Part shown: positions 26,329 through 38,560 of the stretch, piece after piece
Numbering within the stretch: position 1 is the stretch's first letter
How the letters are laid out: every line of letters starts with the position of its first letter
Notes under the pieces: model-generated
Database searches by the model: none
Seen by the model: only the letters and a program-made list of their open reading frames with translations
What the model was told of the DNA's origin: nothing
Assembly: GCF_006345805.1 (NCBI RefSeq)
Contig: NW_021835988.1
Span: forward strand, 1 to 64,000
Direction: 5' to 3'
Length of the DNA stretch: 64,000 bases
Source of the DNA: Octopus sinensis
Lineage: Eukaryota
Made by a program: the position numbers and the translations under genes

Positions 26329-26475
26329 CACCACCTATATTAACAACTATACAGATGGGCCAACGAAGGGAATAAGGAGAGGAGAAATGTGGGTAATGTA
26401 AACTACCGACATGCCTACTCGAATAATCCCTACGTTGGTGGCCACAGAATAACAAGCAAACAAAAGAAAGAACAA

Positions 26476-29230
26476 TCATACACAGTCATACGCCTTATTT
26501 GCCTTTTTTAACTGCTTCTTAACCCAATTGACAGTCTTCTTGCCGTTGGGGGTGCATGTGAGCCGGTCGTTGGTCAACAGTTGGTTGACGGAGTCGAGGG
26601 CGAAGAGGGAGCGAGTTTGTGTGGAAAACATGCCCAACATGTCCCTAGGAGTGAGAAGGTGTGGACACCCCAATAGTCCGCACAAATTTTCGAGGGTGGA
26701 AATGTCGTAAATGGAAGAGTTGGCAGCGACGGAAGTGAGAAAGTCGAACAAGAAGGGGAGGTGTGGATTGAGGAGGGAAGAGTGTGATGCTGGTGGTTAA
26801 AGAACAAACCCGCGAGTCCCTGGACAATGCCGGTGTATGCCTGAATGCATGCTTCGTGTGTCTGTGAGAGGAGAGCGAGGCCTTGTTGTGTGGACTGGAA
26901 TGAGGAAAGGGAGGACTTGGTCGAACGAGGCGGAGGCAGCGGATTGGAGTGTGTCGAGGACGAGGGTGGCGAATGGGGCAAAGTGGTGGCCGAGTGACAA
27001 GGCCAAGTCCCCGAAGCCGGCCAAAATGACAGCCTTGAGTTTGTCGGAGGTGTGTGGACTCTGTGGAATAGTGAGGAGAGTTACGAGGAGGATATTCCAG
27101 AGAGAGGACATGAGAGGGTGTGCGTAGGGGAGGATGTGTTGAGGGGAGTTGATGTCGGCGAGGAGTGCCAGACAGGCGAACAAGACCTGTGATGGGGAGA
27201 GTGGAGAACCTGTTGGTCGTTGTGGGGTGTGAGGAGATTGAGCAAGAGGGGAGGATGGTGTGAGTGTTAGTATCGTCAAGAAAGGGAGAGAGGGCGTAAA
27301 GGGCGTCCTCGTGGACATGGTGGTGGGCGGGGGAGGAGAGGAAGGTGGAGAGGATGTGGAAGGCAGTGTCTGCGTGTGTGAGTTGTGAGAGGGGGAGGAG
27401 GAGGACAATGGACTGTGGTGATGGGGAGGAGTACTCTGATGAGTGCACAGAGGAGTGACTGTACGTGGAATTGATTGTCGAATTGGAGTGTATGTTGTAG
27501 GTATTGGACGATGAGAGGGAAGTAATGTGAGAGGACAGGAGACATGTCGGGGAGTATGTTGTGTGTGATCAGACAGATCAGAGTCTCGTAGTACACCGAG
27601 TCGTAGTGTGTAGTGCAGAGGCGAAAGAGTGCGTCGAACAGATGGTGAAAGTGTGGGGAGAGTGAGTGAGGGGCAGTGGAAGCAAGAGTGGAGAGTGCCT
27701 ACAAGTGAATAAGAATGGTAACGTAGCAGGCATTGGTGGCCACTCGTGGTTCGTGTGTGAGACACGTGCGGAGTGTGTGGGCAATGTGGTGGAAGGGGAG
27801 GTGGGGGACGTGCTCGCACAACTGGCCGAGTACCCAGACGACGGTGTCGCGGACTGCCACACTGGGGTCGGTAGTGGCGAGTGTGAGGAGGAGGGGGAGG
27901 ACGCGGAGGGCGTGTGGGGCAATGTTGTGGCGGACGACACAGCCTGGAGTGACACACAAACACGACCGAATGCCATCACGGCGGCCTCCCGCATATTCCA
28001 ATGGGCATGTCCGATGAACTGTTCTGCAAAGTGGAGGACGTGGGGGAGGATGTGGTCGTGGCAGCATTCGCTGAGGAGTGTGAGACAGACGGAGGCTGCT
28101 TTGGGGGGGATCCAGCAGCCGTCGGTGTCGTCATCCTCGTGTTGTTTGGGGAGGTGTGTGAGTATTGGGTATATAATGTGGGGCATGGCTGCCTGTGCGT
28201 ACAACTTGGACGAATGGGGGGAGGACAACTCCACCTCACAAATGCTCGACCAGAACTCGATTCCCTGGAGGACGTGTGACTCACTTTGGATGGCATTGAG
28301 CGTGATCTGTACATGTCATGTCCTCACTACCGGGAAGATCAAGTCGGCCATGTAGTCCTCCAAGTACTCGTAAAAGTGTGCGGCCATGACATCCAGGCAC
28401 TTGAGGGACATGTCGGCCACGTCCACGTCCGACGAGTGGCACGACTGGCAGACCACCTTCATTATCACGTCCCGCTCATTCTATCGTAGACCAGAGGAGG
28501 GGGACCTTGGCCTGCAGGAGGGGGACTGTCGAGTGGAGAGCCCTCAGTGCGGCCAATTGGATATATCCACTAAATAGGACAAACACCACTCACACACTCG
28601 CCTCCATTCCACGCACAATCGCACTCACCAACAAGTCCGTGTGTTGGGCCATGTACGAACAGTCCTGCACTATTACCACACACCACACCAGGTCATTCGC
28701 TATGAACCCCAGAGCCTCCAAACCGGCCTCCGTCACACGCCCCTCCATCACGTTGTTGCACAATAACACCACTCCCTCCTCCCACTCTCCAAACGCCATC
28801 TCCACACACGCCACCGCAGAATACACCATCGCCACACTGCTCGGTCTCCACCTCTCCTTTCCCAGTCCACACACAATCTGCCTCATTACTCACTCCTCAC
28901 ATTCCATTTTATCCTCTCACGCGCCCACTCTTCCTGCTCTCTCCACCGTTGCGCCAGCCACACACGCTTCTCACTGTTCACACTCCCAAATATTATATTC
29001 TTCAATTGGATGCACGCCTGTCTACATACTACCTCCTTGCTCTCCCCCTTTATTACTTCCGACAGCTCCAACATCACTTCCGTCTACACTTTACTCACAC
29101 CACCCACTAAATTCCTTTCACACGCCTCCTCCAGCACTTCCAGGCACTTCTTCACTTCACACGGGTCTACAACTTTACACAACACTCTACTTCCCAACAC
29201 TGATTGCTCCAACAACATTGACAGATCCAT
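26476..29230 (-). CDS. KPNB1: Importin subunit beta-1, about 15 introns of 20-25 nt
   Basis: MDLSMLLEQ; RQACIQLKN; LQGIEFWSSICE; WIPPKAASVCL; WNMREAAVMAFG; DPSVAVRDT; EPRVATNAC; VHEDAL; FGDLAL; AYTGIVQGL. One 1-nt frameshift at the G-run 27248-27251. Confidence 0.96.
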
Positions 29231-29270
29231 CACCACAATACACTCTATTTTATTCCCTCTTTTAATTCAT
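26480..29270. other. GC-rich island with a G-to-C strand-skew inversion at about 28.3-28.55 kb
   Basis: Hand counts per 60 nt on the plus strand: 27301 G34/C6; 27361 G30/C5; 28381 G19/C20; 28741 G4/C29; 29101 G4/C27. Confidence 0.95.
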
Positions 29271-29393
29271 CTAATTTAGCTAATTAATAATTACTCTCCA
29301 ATTTTTGTTTTCCGAGTTCCCCATGACTCCACTCTGATCGTCCTCGGCATTATCCTCAATCTCCTCCTGCAGTCTCTGGGTCTCTTAAGGGAC

Positions 29394-31961
29394 TTGCTGA
29401 TCTTCATTATATTTCCGCCAGTCCCTATTTACGGAATTTGCAGAGTCCAGGATTTCAGTGAAGCCATGTTTGTACTCGACAAACATGCTCTCCAGAGTGG
29501 CCTTCAGCGTTACAGTCTAGATGTAGGAACAAACACTTTCTTCAATCCCAAGTATTCCTATGCAACACGGCCTTTGATCACCCTGCTCGGCACAAGTCTA
29601 CCTGGACTGGCAGGAGACGTGGTGAAGACGGGAACTATGTGCCGATCTACAACCAAATTGGCTACATTGTGTGTCGCCAAAGAGACACATGGCTTCTACA
29701 AGACTCTCGTTCTTACGGGGGCTCGGTCGTCGACAGTGACCACAAGATAGTCATCGGCAGATTCAATCTGAAGAAATTATATGTGCTGGATAAAACAAAT
29801 TGTCAACTCCCTCATAAATCGGACAGATACTTGACAGAAAAACTGGCTCCCTCACTATCGACTCGAAACTTCTATAAATCATCCATCGATGAATCCCTTA
29901 AAGACATGGAAACTGGACTTATGCCTTCAGCCGCTTGGAAGGCAATGTCAGCCAACATTCACTCGGCGGCAAATAAATATGTTGGAAAGCAGCCAAAAAA
30001 TACGCACTCTATCGGACTGTGTCACCCGGATACTCTTGCCTTGTCAGCTGTGCAAAAGGAGCTTAAGCTGAGGACTGAGAACACCAAAGATATGGATACC
30101 AAACTCGCACTGAAAGGCCGGCGTGCTGCCATCCAAAAAAAAATAAAGACCCTAAACCTCCAATATGGCCGGGATATCCTGGCTTCCCGTTTTGGAGAAC
30201 TGGAAACCCTCAAAGATAATCCACGCACATTTATGGCTTTACGGTTGCTTAAGAGGAAGAAAAACTGCCCCAAACTTCGACTCCAAACCAGTAATGGAGT
30301 TCAAATATCTGACCCGGGAGAACAGGTGGGAGTCATTGCGGACTATTTTTGAACAACGATTTAACGCTAACACCGAACAAATCTCGCCTTTCTCTGGCCC
30401 AGCACGACGACTGAAGAATACAATCTCCTTGAAGGAAGTTACAAAGGCTGTTAGCAGGCTCAAGAATAACCGAGCTGCGGGTCCGGACAACATTAATGCG
30501 GAGCTGCTGAAATACGGGCCCGAATCTCTTCTATGCAACATCACGAACATCCTCAACAATATGTTTGCTACAAATGACTCACTACCGCTGGGCTCTGGAG
30601 TTCTCATCCCTATTCAAAAGCCGAACAAACCTCTTGGTCCAGTAGAAAATCTCCGCCCAGTTATTTTGCTAAACTCCCTGAGGAAGGTTCTCTCGCTGAT
30701 TGTGCTGGATCGTATTGGAGACAAAGTCAATGACTTTCTGTCACCGAGTCACAGCGGATTCAGAGAAGGACGTTCAACCGCAGATGTTCTTTGGGGCCAC
30801 CGATTGCGGTGTGCAACCCACCAAAGATACAAAAGTGCCACGAGAATCCTGGGTATCGATATGTCAAGAGCTTTTGATTCCATCAATCGCGATCTCCTCA
30901 TGAGGGTTCTACGGAGTTTCTTAAATGAAGATGCTATCAGAATGATACAGGTCTTATTGGCAAAAACGGACCTCACTGTTCGCCTTGGGACAACGTCGTC
31001 CAGATCCTTCCCAACAAATGTGGGAACCCCCCAAGGAAACTCTCTCTCGCCTCTGTTATTTGTGATCTACCTTGAGGCTGCTTTACGAGAGCTGAGAGGT
31101 CTATATGACAAGTCAATAACTGAAGTGATTTACGCTGACGACGTCGACTTTGTGTCCACTGACAAATCCGCCCTACTCAGACTATTGGAGATTGCACCGG
31201 ATAAACTTGGAGAATGGTTCTCACCAAGTAATGATCCTAAGACTGACGTGGTCGATGTATCACGTTCGGATACCCAAACTATGGAAAAATGGAGACTTTC
31301 GAAGAAGCTTGGCTCTCTGCTTGGAGACCGAGAAGACATCATGCGGAGAAAGATACTGGCCGCTGTTGCTCTAAAATCCGTCATGAAAGATTGGCTACGA
31401 TATTGTCCCGAGAACCTATCACTACGTTCTAGAATCTACAACGCTTTTGTCAAACCGGTGCTATTGTACAACTCATCTACATGGGACATCTCTGACACCG
31501 AACTAAAGAATCTTGACTCGTTTCACAGAAAACAGCTTCGCGTCCTAAATGGTCTGCATTGGCCTAAGAAAATTAACAACTCATTGCTCTACAAACTCAG
31601 TAACTCGGTGCCAGTCAGCCAGGACATCATAGATGGCCGCTGGAGGCTCTTCGGACACTTCCTGAGAATGGACCCGTCCTCACCTGCTTACCAAGCCATG
31701 GAAGAGTACTTTCTCTCGGATAGCCCAAAGTTTCGCGGACGTCCCCGCACAACACTGCCGGTTGCGCTGGAACACGATCTGAAACACGTGGGCAAAACCC
31801 TGAAAAATGCGAGGACTTGGACGAACTGCGATGCCTTGCACAAAACCGCAGAGGATGGCAAACGATGGTTAATAAGATTGTATCGGGTGTGGCACGTGTG
31901 GGAATATAACTCTTTCCTTTCCTTGTTTATGTTCCTACGGAAGTGCTAATAATAATAATAA
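29394..31961 (+). mobile_element. RTE-clade LINE (partial APE plus RT), near-intact
   Basis: YNQIGYIV..DSRSYGGSVVDSDHKIV; RAAGPDNI; DMSRAFDS; GTPQGNSLSPLLF; YADD; RGRPRTTL; (TAA)5 tail. Frameshifts are single-nucleotide. Confidence 0.9.
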
Positions 31962-32269
31962 TTGAAGATGTGATTTATGGTTAATTAAGAATGAAAAAGT
32001 TTGAATGATCAGGATAATATAAATTTGATTAGGTATGTTATCATTATTATTATTAATAGTACGTACACATAACCAAAGAAATGTTAAATTAGCTAAGGTC
32101 CCATTTGTGCCGCACGTTGAGAAATCTTGTTCACCAGGCGTCTCCACCGGGGCCTGCTTTATACTCGTAGGTCTTCAAGGTCGTCAGTACATCGAGTTTT
32201 CTTCCAATTCCGTTGAGATTCTTGTTTAGTGCAACAGGGAGAGTAACTTGGGCCTTTCTCTGAACTGTG

Positions 32270-33330
32270 TTTTGTTGTTATTGTTAAAGTAATCATCCAT
32301 TATCGTGTTTGCTGGTGTCTTTACGTCCATCCTAAGTACGTTTCCAAACAGCCTCCATCTTGATTCTAAATATCGATGCTTATTGGCAGCGATCGTGTCA
32401 TAACGTATAATTTTCTGTTAAGGTTGTTTTCTGTGAAACGTGTCCATTTTATGTAACTCTGTCTCTATGACACCCCAGGTACCCGAGTTGTACATGAGTA
32501 CTGGTTTTATATATATGTTGTACAGCTATAACTTGAGGTTTGTTTTTTGAAGTTTTTGATGATTCCATATCTTTTGCATTTTCTTGTACATTGCAGAGGG
32601 TAAAACTCTCCGGTACATCATGTCCTCACTATCACCAAGTAATGATCCTAATTTCCTTTTTTTCCTCCAACTTTCATCAATATTTTCGATTCCCTTGCGA
32701 TTCTTACGTGTTAAGTATTTTCTTGATTAACGTGCAAATTCGTCCGGAGTTTTCTCCAAAACAAATGCAAGTTCCTGATCATCTTCTGACACAAAGTCTA
32801 TGTCGTCTGCATATATAATTTCCATCGGCATCGATCCTTCGCACTTTGTTCTGAGATCTCTCAGGTATACTATGAATAGAACGGAAGATAGAGAGTCCCC
32901 CTGAAATGTTCCAATTGTTGTCCCGAAAAGATTTGATAACTCGTTTCCAACCCGTACAGTTAATTCGGTTTTAGAAAGTCGGAAACGGACGAGCCTAGTG
33001 CTATCTTCATCAAGAAAACTCCAAATAACGTCCAACAACGATTTCCTATTGAAAGTGTCAAACACACTGGACATGTCCACTCCCAGAATTTTAAAGTCAT
33101 TTTTGTATCGTTGAAACATAGCATATATCCATCTATGAGACCAGACAGTGTCTGCATTCGAGCGACCCCTTCTGAATCCATTCTGTCCTGGCGACAGAAA
33201 ATCGCAAACATCAGAAGATATCCGATTAAGAGTTATCAGAGATAGAATTTTTCTTAGTGTCTTCAACTTAGCGTCTCCTTGCTCTTTCCTGGTTTATGTA
33301 AAGGAATTAAATTCCATCCCCAAGTTTTAA
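32270..33330 (-). mobile_element. Second, 5'-truncated and diverged RTE copy
   Basis: QNGFRRGRSNAD; DMSSVFD; GTFQGDSLS; YADD; TAA/CAA-type tail near 32275. Confidence 0.85.
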
Positions 33331-34216
33331 AACTGAATGTGTCTCAAATACCATATTGAAAATGTTCGTAATGGTAGCTGTCAATTTGGTTGGTGCATAC
33401 TTGATAATTTCTCCAGTATGTGATCAAAAGATAAACTATATGTTGAACCAATCTAAAAATGGAATCAATATTTTGTTTTTTTGTATTTTTATAACTTTTA
33501 ACAGAAAAATGCACTCGATCTTTGCAAATTGGCCATATTTGTTTTCTTGTAATTTCTTTGTCAGTTTAAACAAATAAAATCAATAATTTTGAAAAACAAT
33601 GAGCAAATAATTTTTTAATTCTATAAATTTACTTAAAAACGTAGTAGGTTGTATTGAATCAAAATTCAATTCTTAATTTTTTTATTTCTTTCCTTTTTTA
33701 CTTTCTTATTAAAGAAATAGGAGAAACTTCATGTTAATTCTCAACATTTCCCAGGATTTGTCTCTCAATTGCAGTTAATTTAGCTGCAATATCCATTTTG
33801 TCCACACTCGTTGTTTTTTTCAAATGTTTATTCACAGTTTTCAGAATCTTCTAAAACATTTAGATTTTAGGGGGGGAGGATGTATACATATGATGTGCTT
33901 GTCATTGACTTCTCATTATATAAGTTCACAAATTTTCTTATTTGCGATATCTTATAAATAGTATTAAGTTAGCCAATTCTTGTTCAATTTATAAATAATT
34001 GTGATTTATCTACTGATTTGATAGAAGTGTTCAGTTATTGCTCCAAAATGCTCGAGAGGTGAAACATTTGTACAACCAGGATTAAAAAATATTGTTTTCA
34101 TTACGCCTCGAAATATACGTGCAAAGTAATATATATTAAAAAAACAGTTCAATAAATATATAAATTCAATGTCTAACCACTGAGTTATTGACAATAAAAT
34201 ATCAGCATTAATTAAA

Positions 34217-35100
34217 ATGCTTCCACTTGTCCTACTTTTGATTCATTTAGTAATCCAAAACGACTGTGATTTGACAGGAAGGTTATTGAAGAATTGCTTA
34301 TTTTAAAAGATATCTTAATTTATACAACTGTATTTTCAATGGAGAAAATGCTGCGGGAGATGGGATAGATATTACCATAAAGAGAAACGTTACATTTCAA
34401 AATGGAGAAATATTCTCCCATCTAGAAAATTTGAAACAATTGTAATCAATATTTCATTGATATTAGTGAGTGTAAAGGAGACTCGCTGAAGAAAATACTA
34501 AACAACTCATTTGATGGGTTGGATAAATTAGACTATATGTATATTTAAATATTTCGAATTATTAGAAAGCTGTATTACTGTGATAACCTTCGTTACGTGA
34601 ATGTAGATAGTTTTGCACGTCTAGCCGCATTATTATATCTGTACAAATCTGATTCTAACATTAAAGTTTTATGCCGTCAAATACCATCTTTCAGTCGCCA
34701 AAAATCAGTCGTCGTGCCACGCTTTAGTATTTTAAATTACTGACTGTGTAGTTTTTATCACGACCAGAAAGTGTGCATGTTCACAAACGGGTCCCAACCC
34801 ACACTGTATACTTTGTTATTCTCATATAAGAATTACGAAAGTGATGGATGAAGCATATATGATGTTAGCCGACAACAGTGTGGAACTAAAATTATATAAA
34901 AATCAAAAGATAACCCTCACTATGGAAGAAGCATATGATGTATTTGTATACTCACAATAGATTGTAACTTCTGTGACCACCCGATCCCCAATAATATGAT
35001 CTGCACAAGTGAATGTAACTGAAAAAATATTCTTACGATATTCATTAACTAACCTAATTATTTATTCTGATATTTCTTGTTTTCGCTTTTCTTTATTGTT
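34217..35100 (+). pseudogene. LGR-like LRR gene, copy 2
   Basis: Clearly alignable by eye to the reverse complement of 22640-23455 (LLNNSFDGLDKLDY, LRYVNVDSFARL); stops. Confidence 0.55.
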
Positions 35101-35369
35101 ACATGCACTAGTCAGAATTAAAGGCAAACTTGCACAAGTGATTGCAATTGCTATTAACTTCATTTAAGTGGTATTTGGAAAGGATCACCTGTGACCCATC
35201 CGAGCACCGGTATCCTGCCAAAAGAGTACAGTTGCGAGGATTGACGGGTGTTGTCGTTGACCTGACCATTAACATTTTGACTACTTTCCTGGCTACCATC
35301 TAATTTTGTTTTTAGACTTTCATTATACGAGTAATAACAATCAGGAAAAGCTTAATATCTATAAATTAG

Positions 35370-35900
35370 TGATCCAACGTGACTGTGACTTAACACAAAT
35401 GTTTGGAAAAATCACTTAGGGCTTTAGATACCGTGATTTCATTGGAGAATGTTGCGAGACATTCAAAATTAATCTTAATTCAACATGACGTTGCATTTCC
35501 CTTTGGAAAGACATTCTCCAAATTACAAACATTCTTTTTTATTTCTGTTCTTTTAATCATTACAAAATTGAAACATTTGTAATCAACATTTTATCTAATA
35601 CCCGTTACTGTATCTGAAACTCAGTACAGAAAATACCAGAAAACTCATTTAATGTCGTGAATGTAAATGCCTATGCACGTCTTATCAGTTTAAAGCTCTG
35701 CACAAATCTTATTTTAAAATTACAGTTACATGCCTAAGTATGACATTATTCAGTGGCCACAAATCAGTCATTCCCTACCATAATGTATTTTAAATTACTC
35801 ACTGTGTACTTTTGATGAGATCTATAAAATGTGCAATATTCCAATGGAGCCCGACCCACAATATATACTTAGACATTTTAATATAAGGAATACGAAAAAT
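35370..35900 (+). pseudogene. LGR-like LRR gene, copy 3 (more decayed)
   Basis: gtgactgtgacttaaca...gtgaatgtaaatgcctatgcacgtct... matches copies 1 and 2. Confidence 0.5.
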
Positions 35901-35939
35901 TATTTAAAAATATATAAAATCCAATAAATAAAAATTAAT

Positions 35940-36996
35940 TCAATTTGAAATACGTCCAATGTGGTCTTGTATAACATTAATTGCAAATTTTCTTATATTA
36001 ACGCAAATCTTTGACTTTAGTGGGAATTCTTCTTTACATTTCTCACTAATCTCCAAAAAATACAAACTAAACATTTTAATACAACAAAACCTGCAATTCT
36101 CCACAGAAATACAAGCCACCCTTGCCTGCTCCTTCACACTCTCATAGGCCTCCTCTAAACTGTCCATGTCCTCCAACTGCCCGACCACGGTCTCCGCAAA
36201 TTTAACAGCTTCCATAAGACTCTACTAAGTGACCTCAGTCCCTCACATCTACCGAGTACTTGTGCTTAAAATCAGTCCCTTCACTGCTCTCGTTTAACGT
36301 CCTGACACGTTTGCTGATAAACTGTCGACAAATGTCACAAATTCGGATTGAATTGACTTTATATTTGTCGTTGAAATCGACTTGGATTTGAGATTTTGAA
36401 CAGTCAGGCCAATCCATATAAACTGTGGTGAAACATTCTGCGGAATTAAACTCTCAAATCTGCCTGCGTCGTCGTAGGATATAAAAAAACAGCATTTCGA
36501 ACAGATTATGTAACCACAGACTCTGCAATGGTGTCGTCGGTTTATGAAATTGTAGGTTTTTTTACAGCAATAACAATTTGAAGACATTTTGTCATCGATC
36601 CAAGGCACAGTGGATTTTTCAACCTCCAAAGCCTTGGTTTTTGACAGTCCTCGGTCCCCCGTTGCCTCTCGGAGACCAGCAAGAAGTCGAGAAAGTCTCC
36701 AAATCAGTTTGGCGTTGGCTTCTTTGTTTTTTCCGTGTTTTTCACGGAGGTTTTTGAGTAAAGAAGTATCGTCCTTCATTAGGCCTATAATTCTGGTTGG
36801 TTTAGTGGAGACCTATTTTTTGGGGTTTTATTTTTTGTGGATTGGAGGATTGTTCTTCAAAGTCTATGAGTTAGTCAATGTGGGATAGACTGGTAATGGG
36901 GTCATTGTGGGTGTTTAGAAAGTGTGATGTTAATTCGTTTTCATTATTAAACTTTTTATGACATGAAGGACAAAGAAATCCTTCTTTTGGTGGCAT
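35940..36996 (-). CDS. RBSN: Rabenosyn-5 (C2H2 plus FYVE), C-terminally short
   Basis: MPPKEGFLCPSCH..H..H; KLIWRL; EKSTVPWIDD..CYCC..RRHHCRVCG..CSKC; RICDIC; 27-28-nt introns. Confidence 0.9.
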
Positions 36997-37199
36997 CCAC
37001 AATGAAATAAATTATTTATTAATGTATTATTTTATATTAAATAATCTTTATTTAATAATATGTCGACTTTTAGAAAAATATTAATCTTTCTATTGATGCT
37101 TACGATCAGTAAATAATACATTTTTCTTCTAAAGTACCTTTTATTTAATATTGTGAATTACTCGATGTTTTTGAAATCTATATTTAGCTTGTATGAAAT

Positions 37200-37700
37200 T
37201 TTTTTTTAGAAATTTATGTTTCAAAGCATTTTTTAAACGATATTGGATTTTTAATAACGTTTTCACGGTAAAAAATTTTTCGTACTTGACTATTATAAGC
37301 TTCTAAACATGATTCATCTGAGCAGATGAATTTCTTTAATTCCTCGTCAGATATGAATAAAATCTTTTTTAAAATCAACCGTCTAAATTTATGTTTTGAA
37401 GTCAAAAAAATTTTGTATTTTGCTATTCGGGATGCAATTCAAATGAGTTCAGTATCAGCCAATTGTTTTAGGAGATACGTCAACATTAATATTAGTTTGG
37501 CAATTTCAGAAAGGGACACGGCAGAAATTGATAGTTCATTCTTCGAAGGTAATTGTAATGTGTTTTTTGATCTGAAGACAACTTCGGGTGACGCTCTGAT
37601 CCAATTTTTTGCATTGTGGTTCTGTCTTTGGAGAATTTTTTCGTCACAAATCCAACGCTCGATTTTGGAATTTTCAGCATTTTAGATATCTTTTTGATTG
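37200..37700 (-). mobile_element. Tc1-like transposase remnant
   Basis: MLKIPKSSVGFVTKKF..GSERHPKLS (HTH) and FICSDES (first catalytic D). Confidence 0.6.
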
Positions 37701-37849
37701 TTTTTAAGAAAAATAATGTCTAATTATCACTCTTTTTGTAAAAAACAATCAGATTTATTAATATTTCTTCTATATTGTTTATCCTCAAATTTTACATTCA
37801 AAATAGCACGCTGTTTTTACATTCTTGTTTGATATCTGATATGTCTTCT

Positions 37850-38560
37850 CGCTCAAATAAGAAAAGTCGTCATTATCAAAACGAATATTTAAAATATGGG
37901 TTTATTCATGTACTGAAGATACAAAACAGCCTTATTTTTTAAATTTGTTAATGTTCTTTCTCAAATGAGGCGATGAAACCATCACGATTACAGAATCTTT
38001 TCAAACCCAAGCACCCGGATAAAATGTCAAAGCAGATTGAATATTTTCAAACTTTAAATACAATTTTGAAAATAAGAAAACGATCAAATCGTTATTCACA
38101 AAGCCAGTACATGATGGTTATTTAACATTTATTTACATGTAGTTGTGGGAGCGCAGATCGATTCATATAAAATTGCTGAAATTATTGTGAAAACTTCCAG
38201 TTCTCATACTATCGCAGAAAATGTAATAATTCTATCACTGGAAGTAATAATATCGGATATAATGCATCAAGATGCTTCTAAAATATTAAAAGTCTACTCT
38301 TAGCAATGTAAGGATGCTGGTAAAGATTTTATTCGACTTTTATTACATACGGAAGTAAGATGGCTTTCAAAAGGAAATACTTTAGAAAGATTTGTTAATC
38401 TTTACGATGCAATAGTCGTATTTTTGCAAACAGAAGAAAGCTTGGTTTTGACTGAAGAAATCATTTCACTTAAAAAATGATATATTTTATTTGAATTGGA
38501 TTTTTACAAAATTTAATGAAATTACTATTCTTCTTAAAGGAAATTTTTTCAACATTGAAA
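37850..38560 (+). mobile_element. hAT Buster/ZBED5-like transposase remnant
   Basis: RHYQNEYLKYGF; NEAMKPSRL; LLLHTEVRWLSKGNTLERF. Confidence 0.8.

Noticed and set aside
26600-28200. Telomeric or satellite repeat in the G-rich tract
   Set aside because: No fixed tandem unit; the sequence is coding.
26480-29270. Island as contaminant or horizontally acquired DNA
   Set aside because: It has the same 20-25-nt intron style as AT-rich neighbours, grades into flanking genes, and one gene spans the flip. Read-level confirmation is still advisable.
26574-29279. Many long His/Pro/Thr- or Gly/Glu-rich ORFs on both strands (e.g. 26797-27963, 27666-28355, 28507-29265)
   Set aside because: By-products of high GC and skew suppressing stop codons; the spliced KPNB1 model explains the region.
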